From Candidatus Parvarchaeum sp. (GTDB lineage Archaea; Nanobdellota; Nanobdellia; Pacearchaeales; GW2011-AR1), in assembly GCA_020724955.1 (NCBI GenBank), contig DYFY01000003.1:23463-87462 (forward strand): 64,000 bases of DNA. Direction: 5' to 3'. A model generated the notes under the pieces. The model searched no databases. It saw only the letters and a list, made by a program, of their open reading frames with translations, and was not told the origin of the DNA. Shown in pieces: positions 19,473-27,568 of this stretch; the first letter of the stretch is position 1, and every line of letters starts with the position of its first letter. Position numbers and translations under genes: made by a program.

Positions 19473-20135
19473 ATGGCTGATTTGGTTCAAAAGAAAGATT
19501 TTGTGGAAATAAAATATACAGGTAAAGAGGGCTCAAGAGTTTTTGATTCAAATATTGAGGAAGACTTAAAGCAAATATCAGAAAATGAAAAGCCAAAGAA
19601 GACAATTGTCGCCGTCGGCGAAAAAATGCTTGTTTATGGGCTTGATAAAGCCTTGGAAGGGAAGGAAATTGGGAAAGAATACGAAATAAAGCTGGCTCCG
19701 GAAGAAGCTTTCGGAATAAGAGACAGAAATTTGGTAAAGACTATTCCATTAAGAGTTTTCACAGAGCAGAAAATAAACCCATTTCCAGGCCAGACTCTTG
19801 TTCTTGACAATGCAGTTGCAAAAGTTATTGCGATTTCAGGAGCAAGAGTCCTGACAGATTTTAACCACCCGCTTTCCGGGAAGGAGATATATTACAGGTT
19901 TAAAATAATCAGGAAAGTTGAAGACGACAAAGAGAAGGCGGAATCTTTTTTTGGTTTTTTCTTCGGTGTTGTTCCAAATTTTGAAATCAATGGAAAAGTA
20001 GTGGTTTCTAGTCCCGGAGAAATCAAGGGACTTGTAGAAATTTTTGCAGAAAAATTCAAGGAGCTGATAGGAAAAGAACTTGAATTCAGAGAAACATCCG
20101 GCGCAGAAGAATCAGAAAAGAAAACAGCACAATAA
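19473..20135 (+). CDS. FKBP-type peptidyl-prolyl cis-trans isomerase (SlyD-like or archaeal long form)
   Basis: 220 aa with DFVEIKYTGKEG..VFDSN and NHPLSGKEIYYRFKI motifs. Confidence 0.8.
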   Translation: MADLVQKKDFVEIKYTGKEGSRVFDSNIEEDLKQISENEKPKKTIVAVGEKMLVYGLDKALEGKEIGKEYEIKLAPEEAFGIRDRNLVKTIPLRVFTEQKINPFPGQTLVLDNAVAKVIAISGARVLTDFNHPLSGKEIYYRFKIIRKVEDDKEKAESFFGFFFGVVPNFEINGKVVVSSPGEIKGLVEIFAEKFKELIGKELEFRETSGAEESEKKTAQ

Positions 20136-20167
20136 TCCTTATAAACAATATACTGTTTCTTCCGAAT

Positions 20168-21262
20168 ATGGATGATATCAGTATAGAAAAGAGGTCAGAC
20201 ACTTCTGTTCAGTCTATTGATCAAGAGCTTGAGTCGCTTCTTAAAAAGCAAAGTGCAAGAATAAAAGTAGTTGGGTGCGGGGGCGGAGGAGGAAATTCTG
20301 TTTCAAGAATGAAAGAAATAGGCGTTAAAGGTTGCGAAGTTGTTGCCTTGAATACAGACGCACAAGACCTCTTATATTGCAGTGCAGACCATAAAATTCT
20401 CATAGGCCGTGAACTCACTCACGGGCTTGGTGCCGGAAGTAATCCCAAAATCGGAGAGGAAGCTGCGAGAGAATCAGAGCAGGAAATTAAGAAAAAACTC
20501 TCTAATTCAGACATGGTGTTTATCACATGCGGTCTTGGCGGAGGCACTGGCACCGGAGCAGCTCCTGTTGTCGCAGAGATAGCCAAAAAACAGGGGGCGC
20601 TGACAATTGGAATAGTCACTCTTCCTTTTACAGTTGAAGGGCAGAAAAGGATAGAAAATGCACAATACGGGCTTGAAAGAATGCAGGCAATTACAGACAC
20701 TCTGATTGTGGTTCCAAACGACAAACTACTCGAGTTAGCTCCAGAACTTCCATTGCATACCGCTTTCAAGGTCGCTGATGAAATTCTCACGAACTCAGTA
20801 AAAGGCATCGCCGAGCTGATAACAACTTCAGGGCTTGTAAATTTGGACTTCGCCGATGTAAAAGCAGTAATGTCAAACGGAGGAGTTTCTCTCATAGGAA
20901 TAGGGGAGTCGGATTCTTCTTCAAAGTCAAGAGCCTTGGAGGCTGTTGATAGAGCGATAAACAATCCCCTTCTGGATGTTAATATCTCTAAAGCCAAGGG
21001 AGCGCTTGTAAATATAATCGGAGGTCCTGATATGTCTCTGGAGGAATACAAATTGGTTATGCAGGAGCTGGGAAAAAGAGTTGCTCCGGATGCAAAAATA
21101 ATTTCCGGAGCTCAAATTTCTGCGGACATGGAGAAATCAATAAAAGTGATGCTGATAGTTACAGGAGTTCAGAGCTCCCAAATTCTTGGCTCAAGCATAA
21201 ACGAGTTTTCCGGAGACAATCAGCTTGAATCAGAGCTCGGAATAAGGTTCGTGGATAATTAG
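20168..21262 (+). CDS. ftsZ: Cell division GTPase FtsZ
   Basis: 364 aa with GCGGGGGNSVSRM, the tubulin signature GLGGGTGTGAAPVVAEIAK, and NLDFADV. Confidence 0.95.
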   Translation: MDDISIEKRSDTSVQSIDQELESLLKKQSARIKVVGCGGGGGNSVSRMKEIGVKGCEVVALNTDAQDLLYCSADHKILIGRELTHGLGAGSNPKIGEEAARESEQEIKKKLSNSDMVFITCGLGGGTGTGAAPVVAEIAKKQGALTIGIVTLPFTVEGQKRIENAQYGLERMQAITDTLIVVPNDKLLELAPELPLHTAFKVADEILTNSVKGIAELITTSGLVNLDFADVKAVMSNGGVSLIGIGESDSSSKSRALEAVDRAINNPLLDVNISKAKGALVNIIGGPDMSLEEYKLVMQELGKRVAPDAKIISGAQISADMEKSIKVMLIVTGVQSSQILGSSINEFSGDNQLESELGIRFVDN

Positions 21263-21292
21263 TTTTTTAAACCCTTGATTTCTTCTATTTAA

Positions 21293-21463
21293 ATGCAGAG
21301 AAAAATCAAGTCGTTTTTTTTTCAAAGCCTGAGAGTATGGCGCGTTTTGAAAAGACCGACTAAAAAAGAATATTTCACAATCAGTAAAGTGTCTGCAATT
21401 GGAATTCTTGTTCTCGGGCTTATAGGCTTCATCTTTTCAATTTTGATAAAGTCATTCGTCTGA
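21293..21463 (+). CDS. secE: Protein translocase subunit SecE (Sec61 gamma)
   Basis: Hand-translated 56-aa ORF: MQRKIKSFFFQSLRVWRVLKRPTKKEYFTISKVSAIGILVLGLIGFIFSILIKSFV. It has one C-terminal TM helix and sits in the conserved position immediately upstream of spt5 and rpl11. Confidence 0.7.
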   Translation: MQRKIKSFFFQSLRVWRVLKRPTKKEYFTISKVSAIGILVLGLIGFIFSILIKSFV

Positions 21464-21592
21464 TTTTGCTTTTAATCTTTCTGTCGCCGCATTTTTTAAA
21501 AAGAGAAATCAGGAGGAAAGTTTATAAACCTCCCAAATACTTTTATACCACTACTTCTTGATTCATTAAGACTCGCGAGGTAGTGGAGCCGA

Positions 21593-22084
21593 ATGATTTT
21601 CATCATAAAAGTCACGACAAACAAGGAAGAGAGAGCAGTTGAGATGATTACCCAGAGGGCTGTAAGAAAACAGCTGCCTGTTTTTTCAGTAATCAGGCCA
21701 CATGGGCTGAGAGGATACATAATCCTTGAGGCTGAGGACAGGGAATCTGCAGAAGAAGCTATTTTTAATCAGCAGTATGTGAAGGGGATTCTTGGAAAAG
21801 AAGTTCCGTATGAGGAGATTAAAAATATGCTGGAGCCGGAAGTTGAGGACTTTAATATTGAAGTTGGAGATATTGTTGAAATGATTGCAGATCTTTTCAA
21901 GAAAGAAAAGGGTAAAGTAATGAGAGTTGATAAGCAAAAAGGGGAAGTTGTTGTTTCCCTTTTGGGAGCAGCCGTTCCTATCCCTGTAACGGTAAAAATG
22001 GATAACGTAAAGGTTATAAGGCGCGAGAAGGAGAAAGGTTCTGAGTCAGAAGACTCAGAGGAAAGCGAAAATGCCGATTATTAA
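21593..22084 (+). CDS. spt5: Transcription elongation factor Spt5 (NusG)
   Basis: 163 aa with an NGN domain (IFIIKVTTNKEERAVEMI...GYIILEAED), a KOW motif (GDIVEMI....KGKVMRVD) and an acidic C-terminal tail. Confidence 0.85.
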   Translation: MIFIIKVTTNKEERAVEMITQRAVRKQLPVFSVIRPHGLRGYIILEAEDRESAEEAIFNQQYVKGILGKEVPYEEIKNMLEPEVEDFNIEVGDIVEMIADLFKKEKGKVMRVDKQKGEVVVSLLGAAVPIPVTVKMDNVKVIRREKEKGSESEDSEESENADY

Positions 22085-22748
22085 ACTAATAGTTGACGGA
22101 GGGAGCATGAAGCCTGGTCCAGCAGTAGCCCAACAGCTTGGCCCAATGGGAATAAATCTGGGCAAGGTAATAGAAGAAGTTAATGAAGCCACATCCGGTT
22201 TCAAGGGAATGAAAGTTCCAGTGCAATTAGACGTTGATTCAAAGACAAAAAAGTTTACCATCTCTGTTTCGTCTCCTCCGGTAGCTGAATTGATAAAGAA
22301 AGAAATTGGAGTTGAAAAAGCTTCAGGGCTTTCCGGCAGGAACATGGTTGGAAACATAGCTATTGAACAGGCAATTGGCATAGCAAAAACAAAAATGCCA
22401 AACATGCTTGCCAAAGATTTGAAATCAGCCGTTAAGCTGGTAATCGGAAGCTGTGTTTCTCTTGGAGTTCTTGTAGAGAGCAAAAGCGCTAAAGAAGTCC
22501 AGTCTGAAATAGACTTGGGAGTATATGACAAAGAAATTCAGGCGGAGAAAACAGAGCTTTCCCCTGAGAAACAGAAACAGCTTGCCAGCTATTTTGCAGA
22601 AGTTAAATCCAGACAAGAAGCAGCCGCAAAAGCCGCCGAGGCAGCCAAAGCTGCTGAAGAAGCTGCAAAAACAGAAACCGCAACCGCTCCGGCGGCCGCA
22701 ACAGCAGAGAAAAAAGAGCCGGCCAAAGCAGAAGCCAAAAAGAAATAA
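22071..22748 (+). CDS. rpl11: Ribosomal protein L11 with a roughly 65-aa Ala/Lys/Glu-rich C-terminal extension
   Basis: 225 aa. MPIIKLIVDGGSMKPGPAVAQQLGPMGINLGKV matches the L11 N-domain. The body is followed by ...EAAAKAAEAAKAAEEAAKTETATAPAAATAEKKEPAKAEAKKK. Confidence 0.85.
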   Translation: MPIIKLIVDGGSMKPGPAVAQQLGPMGINLGKVIEEVNEATSGFKGMKVPVQLDVDSKTKKFTISVSSPPVAELIKKEIGVEKASGLSGRNMVGNIAIEQAIGIAKTKMPNMLAKDLKSAVKLVIGSCVSLGVLVESKSAKEVQSEIDLGVYDKEIQAEKTELSPEKQKQLASYFAEVKSRQEAAAKAAEAAKAAEEAAKTETATAPAAATAEKKEPAKAEAKKK

Positions 22749-22831
22749 CTTCTAATCTAAACTTCGTATGATATTGCCGATTTTATTCAAATGTAAAGTT
22801 AAACCCTTTAACTGCACTTCTTTAAGCTTAT

Positions 22832-22905
22832 AGCAGACGGCATGCAAAATTCCTCAATTTGTCGTCCGTTATTTAAGAAAAGACATAAGTCTCTCACTAT
22901 AAATT
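22832..22905 (+). repeat. Intergenic repeat family, copy A
   Basis: GCAGACGGCATGCAAAATTCCTCAATTTGTCGTCCGTTATTTAAGAAAAGACATAAGTCTCTCACTATAAAT aligns with the copies at 29372 and 55105. It lies downstream of rpl11. Confidence 0.7.
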
Positions 22906-22996
22906 ATCTCTAAAATCTGCCATTGATTGCTACTAAACGAGCATATCTGCTCATTAGACGTAATTCTCATGGAAATATTATTAATGAAATTTATGT

Positions 22997-23063
22997 ACAA
23001 TTTGGAAGTTGACTTAACATCAAAGAACAATTTGGAAGTTGACTTAACATCAAAGAACAATTT
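22997..23063. repeat. 30-nt tandem direct repeat, about 2.2 copies
   Basis: The unit CAATTTGGAAGTTGACTTAACATCAAAGAA is repeated exactly at 22998-23027 and 23028-23057, with a partial third copy. It ends 30 nt upstream of tRNA-Pro. Confidence 0.9.
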
Positions 23064-23092
23064 AAAAAGGAAGGGAATGAATTAATATAACA

Positions 23093-23166
23093 GGGGTCGT
23101 AGTATAGCTTGGTTAGTATTCCAGGTTTGGGACCTGGCGACGGGGGTTCAAATCCTCCCGACCCCA
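23093..23166 (+). tRNA. tRNA-Pro (anticodon TGG)
   Basis: I folded the cloverleaf manually. The acceptor stem is GGGGTCG/CGACCCC. The anticodon stem is CCAGG/CCTGG with loop TTTGGGA, which has G37. The T arm is GGGGG-TTCAAAT-CCTCC. The gene is 74 nt and CCA is not encoded. Confidence 0.85.
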
Positions 23167-23276
23167 TCCGGATTTTCCTGGATAAATTTAGCAGAATACA
23201 GATGTGGTATTATTGCCTTACAAGTTGGCTTGGCAAAGCAGAATAATTTAAAAACCTCAGATTCAAGATAATTCAA

Positions 23277-23504
23277 ATGGCGACAAAAACAAAGAAGATT
23301 AAAGCGTCAGGGCGTTTTAAGTCAGGTTACGGAACTAATGTAAGAGGAAGACTAAATAAAGTTGAGGCTCTTCAAAGAAAAAAGCAGATTTGTCCTTATT
23401 GCTCAAAGCCCGGTGTTGAAAGGCAATCGGCAGGAATATGGAACTGCAGAAAATGCGGAAAAAAGTTTGCTTCTCACTCCTATTACCTGGAAAAACAGGC
23501 ATAA
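23277..23504 (+). CDS. rpl37ae: Ribosomal protein L37ae (eL43)
   Basis: 75 aa with GRFKSGYGTNVRGRLNKVE and the zinc ribbon CPYC...CRKCG. Confidence 0.9.
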   Translation: MATKTKKIKASGRFKSGYGTNVRGRLNKVEALQRKKQICPYCSKPGVERQSAGIWNCRKCGKKFASHSYYLEKQA

Positions 23505-23768
23505 GTTAAAGTAAACGTCTGGAATTCCAAACAAAAAATTAGGTTTTCTTCACAACCAGTTTATTTTATGAACATCAAAGATAGAGTAATAGGCTTTAGA
23601 GAATTGAAAGCTTTGTGGTTTGCTCCTATCTCAATGACTGCTATCATCATACAACATAACTCCATAGAGACTCATACAACGATTAATGAAATACCTTGTG
23701 AAACTGCTGGAGTTAAATTAGGAATAGGAAAGAATAGGTGGTTAGATTTAATTAAATTATCAGCAGTT

Positions 23769-24503
23769 TCATAATTTCGCTGCTTTCCCTTGTTTCCAAT
23801 ATACATTAAAGATTATTTTCATAGCTTCAGAAAACTCTTTGTTCTTAATGATTACCCCCACCAGTTCCCCATCCACTGTATACATGGCAACTTTATTGCC
23901 ATAAATAAAAATCATACATGGAAAATCTTTTAGAGACTCAGAAAATCTCATTTCTGTAATTTTTTTATAAGACGATTTATGAAATGTGTCTTCATCATAA
24001 GGATCAATAACTATTTTTGCAGGAATTTTTTTAGTTATCCTTAATACCCTAAAATGTTCTGGTAAATGTTTTAAAATTTCAACTGATTTTGAATAAGAAC
24101 CAAAATAGTAAGTTTGTTGTTTCTCTTTGAATATATCTGCTAAAATTGTAGAAATTCCTTTAAATCCTTCATAAATTTCAACACCTGATGATTCTTTTAT
24201 TTCTTTTTTAAGACCTTCAAGTTCTGGAAGTACAGAAAGAATTATTTCCTTTTTTTGATTTAAAGTATCTACTAATTTCTCAGGATTGACAGCTTCAAAA
24301 TAAGTTATATGGCCCTTAACTATCTTTGATATTAACCCCTTCGTGTAAAGATAGTTTAAAGTATTGTAGACGGTAGTTCTTGGTAAATCAACTCTCTTAG
24401 CTAATTCTTGTAAATTTACGCTTCCCAAAGGCAAGAGAGTAAGATACACTTCACTTTCTTTTTCTGTTAAACCAAACTCTCTTAATGCTTGTTCTTTATT
24501 CAT
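23769..24503 (-). CDS. TrmB-family transcriptional regulator
   Basis: 244 aa. Its N-terminal wHTH (FGLTEKESEVYLTLLPLGSVNLQELAKRVDLPRTTVYNTLNYLYTKGLI) is typical of TrmB. Confidence 0.8.
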   Translation of the reverse strand: MNKEQALREFGLTEKESEVYLTLLPLGSVNLQELAKRVDLPRTTVYNTLNYLYTKGLISKIVKGHITYFEAVNPEKLVDTLNQKKEIILSVLPELEGLKKEIKESSGVEIYEGFKGISTILADIFKEKQQTYYFGSYSKSVEILKHLPEHFRVLRITKKIPAKIVIDPYDEDTFHKSSYKKITEMRFSESLKDFPCMIFIYGNKVAMYTVDGELVGVIIKNKEFSEAMKIIFNVYWKQGKAAKL

Positions 24504-24607
24504 ACTAATAAAACTAATAAAGTTGATATATAAATTTTTCTATTGTTGTCCATTTTGGTGGACTATTATTAATCTAGATATTTTCTCAATACATTTTAGG
24601 AGAAAAA

Positions 24608-25108
24608 ATGAGCTTAGAAAATAAGTTAGAACAAAAGATTGAAAGAGAAGAAAAGCCTGAACAGCTTTCACTTAGAGATAGAATAAAGTATGGAGCTGTA
24701 AACTGGGCTATAGATACAAGTGCTAAGGCTGGAGCTTACGCCCCTTTAATGGGAGCAATGGAAGCATATAATGGACTTGATATTGAGCAAATTTTGCAGT
24801 CTAGAGCTACTGCCGCTTTAGTTGATGTAGGCTTGGCTAGAATTTACACCAAAACTGCTGACTATTTAGGAAATAAATTTGATGTAGATATAAAAGATGG
24901 AAGTCCAAAAGCTTGGGGATTGGATGCTTTAGCGATGATAGGAACTCATGCTCCAGTTTATGCGGGAATACTAGCGGCAGCAGGAGCAGATGCCAAACAA
25001 ATAGGGTACGCTTCATTAATGGGTGCCGTTATTGGTCTTTCAACTTCAAAACCATTTAGAAAATTTGTTCTTGCACCTTGGAGAAAATTTTGGGGTTATA
25101 AAAAATAA
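24608..25108 (+). CDS. AlaE-like (L-alanine exporter family) membrane protein
   Basis: 166 aa. APVYAGILAAAGADAKQIGYASLMGAVIG resembles E. coli AlaE (SPVYVAILLVVGADWHQI...), recalled from memory. An AGGAG SD lies upstream. Confidence 0.45.
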   Translation: MSLENKLEQKIEREEKPEQLSLRDRIKYGAVNWAIDTSAKAGAYAPLMGAMEAYNGLDIEQILQSRATAALVDVGLARIYTKTADYLGNKFDVDIKDGSPKAWGLDALAMIGTHAPVYAGILAAAGADAKQIGYASLMGAVIGLSTSKPFRKFVLAPWRKFWGYKK

Positions 25109-25186
25109 ATCCAAAAAGGAAAGTGACTCTAACTTAACAGCCCACACATAAGTTAAATTTAAAAACCTCATGCTGATATAGTTATC

Positions 25187-25324
25187 ATGGCCCAATATAA
25201 ATGTTTTAAGTGTGAGAAGACGACTCAGCACAAACAGCTGGAAAAAAGGTTTGTCTGCCAGGCGTGTAACTCCAAGATATTTTACAAGCCAAGAAAGCAC
25301 ATAGTAAAAGTCAAGGCGGTTTAA
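25187..25324 (+). CDS. rpoP: DNA-directed RNA polymerase subunit P (Rpo12)
   Basis: Hand-translated 45-aa ORF: MAQYKCFKCEKTTQHKQLEKRFVCQACNSKIFYKPRKHIVKVKAV. It has the C-x2-C...C-x2-C ribbon and a family-typical ...KVKAV end. Its stop abuts the prefoldin start codon. Confidence 0.75.
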   Translation: MAQYKCFKCEKTTQHKQLEKRFVCQACNSKIFYKPRKHIVKVKAV

Positions 25325-25648
25325 ATGGGCGAAGACTCCGAACTTAAGGAATTGCACGTTCTTGAACACAATCTTCAGAATCTTTTAATGCAGAAGCAGG
25401 CGATTTCTATGGAGCTGAATGAAGTTGCGAACGCACTTTCAGAAGTTGAATCCTCTCAAGACGAAATATACAAAATTACAGGGCAGATAATGCTGAAGTC
25501 TGACAAAGAGTCTGTCCTGAAAGAATTAAAAGAAAAAAAACACATTCTTGAACTTAGAAATCAGTCTGTTGAAAAACAAGAGGCGATTTTCAAAGCAAAG
25601 GCTGATGAAATTAAAAAAAGTTTTCAGAAGCGCCAAAAAGCCGGCTGA
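25325..25648 (+). CDS. pfdB: Prefoldin beta subunit
   Basis: 107 aa with a coiled-coil / beta-hairpin / coiled-coil layout and a family-like LQNLLMQKQAISMELNEVANALSEV. Confidence 0.8.
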   Translation: MGEDSELKELHVLEHNLQNLLMQKQAISMELNEVANALSEVESSQDEIYKITGQIMLKSDKESVLKELKEKKHILELRNQSVEKQEAIFKAKADEIKKSFQKRQKAG

Positions 25649-25702
25649 GCTCCTGATATTATAACACGCCACGACAATATTTAAATAGTATTTCAAGTAA
25701 AA

Positions 25703-26089
25703 ATGCCCATGGGATTTAGCCTAAGAGATGTGTTCAAAAAAGAGTCTTCCGATGATGATTATGTCGAAATAGACCTTGAGCATGGAAAAGAGAGCAAGGA
25801 GAAAATAAGGGTGCGCCCGTTTACCCTAAGAAAATTTGATGATGTAAATGAAATCCTTAATTCTCTCAGAGAAGGGTACACGATAGCTGTTATAGACATC
25901 AAGCCTCTAAAATCTAAAGATATAATAGAATTAAAGCGCGCAATATCAAAGATAAAAAAGACGACCGAGGCTTTGGAAGGCTCAATAGCAGGCTTCGGAG
26001 AACACACGATTCTGGCAACTCCTTCTTTCGCAGAAGTTTATAAGGCTCCTGTAAAGCCGGAAAAGAAAGACCCAGTCAGCTTTTACTAA
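25703..26089 (+). CDS. sepF: Cell division protein SepF
   Basis: 128 aa with IRVRPFTLRKFDDVNEILNSLREGYTIAVIDIKPL...AISKIKKTTEALEGSIAGFGEHTILATP, typical of the SepF/DUF552 core. Confidence 0.75.
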   Translation: MPMGFSLRDVFKKESSDDDYVEIDLEHGKESKEKIRVRPFTLRKFDDVNEILNSLREGYTIAVIDIKPLKSKDIIELKRAISKIKKTTEALEGSIAGFGEHTILATPSFAEVYKAPVKPEKKDPVSFY

Positions 26090-26091
26090 AA

Positions 26092-27066
26092 ATGCCGTTT
26101 TCTCTCCCCCCCAATCTTCTAAGATATTTTGATTCAAGAATTTGGCTTTCAGATTCTGGAATAAGAAAAGCAATGCAACAAGGATTGCTTTCAGGAATCG
26201 AAGAGTCTGATATTCAGCCGATGACTGTCGACCTTAACTCTTCAGAAGATGTGTTGATATATGGAAAAGTATGGTGTCAAGCTCAGACTAAATCCCTTTG
26301 TTTCGGAAAATTTGACCCATTTTTTGAGGCTAGAAGCACATTGAGAAAGCATGGCTTGAGAGTTTCTTGTCCCTCTCCTTATTCTACATCCAGAGATTTT
26401 ATGCTGATTAATCCATCCATGCAGAAATTTCAAATTCCTGAGGGAGGAAGGCTTGCGCAGACATACATAGGAGGCCTTCGTAGCAGTTGTGCTTCCGATT
26501 TTTCACACGGAGTTGTTCTTAGAAAGGATGAGGAAATAAGAAGGATTTTGAAAGAAGGGTATCTTGAAATAAAAGGTTTAGAAGGTCAACCGATAATAGA
26601 AGACGGATTTATAAAACTGAAGCCTTCTGGATTATGTTCAATTTCGACAAACCCAACAGAAGTCATTAATATCTTCCAAAAAAGAGATTCTGTTTTTTTT
26701 AAAAAACAAACATTTTCTCCCGAAAACGGCTCCATTCACATAGCTCCTTATATGCCTGCAAATATAACTTACAGAGGAAGATTAAAACTATCTCCTAATG
26801 TGGGAATACAAGCTTTTTATCAGGATGAAGACAAAACTCTTCAGCTGAATGGAGTGATAGATCCAGGATATCATGGAGAAATAGCCGCACAGCCATTTGT
26901 GACTGAAGAAACCCGCATTGACCTGCAACATCCTTCTTTATTGCTTAGAATAATTTTTTTCAAAGATCCAGTACAAACTCCATATGGGCCAGAAAGAAAT
27001 TCCACATACCAAGGAATGCTTTGGAGTCCTTCTTCTCCCGATAAAGTTGAAGCTAATTCTGGCTGA
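26092..27066 (+). CDS. dCTP deaminase/dUTPase-superfamily protein, long form
   Basis: 324 aa. The N-terminus has LSDSGIRKAMQQG...IQPMTVDLN, then ARSTLRKHGLRV. The C-terminal part has VIDPGYHGEIAAQ and a distal Y.G motif. Confidence 0.5.
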   Translation: MPFSLPPNLLRYFDSRIWLSDSGIRKAMQQGLLSGIEESDIQPMTVDLNSSEDVLIYGKVWCQAQTKSLCFGKFDPFFEARSTLRKHGLRVSCPSPYSTSRDFMLINPSMQKFQIPEGGRLAQTYIGGLRSSCASDFSHGVVLRKDEEIRRILKEGYLEIKGLEGQPIIEDGFIKLKPSGLCSISTNPTEVINIFQKRDSVFFKKQTFSPENGSIHIAPYMPANITYRGRLKLSPNVGIQAFYQDEDKTLQLNGVIDPGYHGEIAAQPFVTEETRIDLQHPSLLLRIIFFKDPVQTPYGPERNSTYQGMLWSPSSPDKVEANSG

Positions 27067-27457
27067 TTGAGAACAGGCTTTTTATAGCTACGACGATAGT
27101 TGCAGGCACTAACATAACAAGCAGCGCCCCCAAAGTAGAAGACACAATGTTTCCTATCGCGATGTTCAGAAACTCAATCCCTTTAATTCCTGAAGCTCCT
27201 GCAAAACTGACTATCACTAAAGAAACAGCTGCAAGCAAAAATTTATTTACATCTCCAGGAGAAACATTTACAAACCCAACAACAAGTCCGAGAATAACCA
27301 GAACAGCCAGAATAACAGCGCTAAGCTGGCCAAGGCTTGCGCTGAGCACACCAACCGCAAGAGCAAGAACAACGCCTATCAAAAAAGCCCACGCGCCAAA
27401 CAAATTATCTTTGGATCTTATCGCCATATTTCTGTATACAATAAATAGGACTCTCAA
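27053..27457 (-). CDS. Small multi-pass membrane protein
   Basis: 134-aa ORF with four hydrophobic helices. The likely true start is MAIRSKDNLFGAW at 27427. Confidence 0.5.
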   Translation of the reverse strand: MRVLFIVYRNMAIRSKDNLFGAWAFLIGVVLALAVGVLSASLGQLSAVILAVLVILGLVVGFVNVSPGDVNKFLLAAVSLVIVSFAGASGIKGIEFLNIAIGNIVSSTLGALLVMLVPATIVVAIKSLFSISQN

Positions 27458-27568
27458 TTTATATAAACCTTGTTGTCAACCCAACTTCCACGTTAAATCA
27501 GCAGTCAGTTGCCGTCGAGAACCGAAAACTTTATATAGGGGCTTGTAATCAGAAAGTTACAACACAAA

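Noticed and set aside
20419-21051. A 210-aa ORF antisense to ftsZ, plus shorter antisense ORFs at 20221..20418 and 20927..21115
   Set aside because: This is a shadow frame of a very well supported gene. Its low-complexity Ser/Pro/Ala composition is typical of antisense translation of a GC-richer gene.
21464-21592. Hairpins upstream of spt5 (GGAGG-N12-CCTCC and CCACTAC-N24-GTAGTGG) as a ribosomal-protein autoregulatory leader
   Set aside because: The stems are short and I cannot relate them to a known L11 or L1 binding mimic. There is not enough evidence without comparative data.
22525-22755. A 76-aa Lys/Pro/Gln-rich ORF overlapping the 3' end of rpl11 in another frame
   Set aside because: It is an alternative-frame reading of the Ala/Lys/Glu-rich repetitive tail of L11. 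It has no independent start signals.
22841-22912. A micro-ORF reading of the intergenic repeat family (for example MQNPQFVVCYLGKDLCLSLNI in copy B)
   Set aside because: A 1-nt indel puts the ATG out of frame in copy A, and copy C has no ATG. Substitutions are not biased toward synonymous changes. I therefore treat it as a DNA/RNA element.
22869-23060. A 63-aa minus-strand ORF with an internal FFDVKSTSKL duplication
   Set aside because: The duplication is simply the translated 30-nt tandem DNA repeat. The ORF spans intergenic repeat elements, is AT-rich, and has no SD or promoter logic.
23568-23774. A 68-aa plus-strand ORF between rpl37ae and the TrmB gene
   Set aside because: It has no recognisable motif and no SD, and it overlaps the 3' end of the TrmB gene. 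It is possibly spurious and I left it uncalled.
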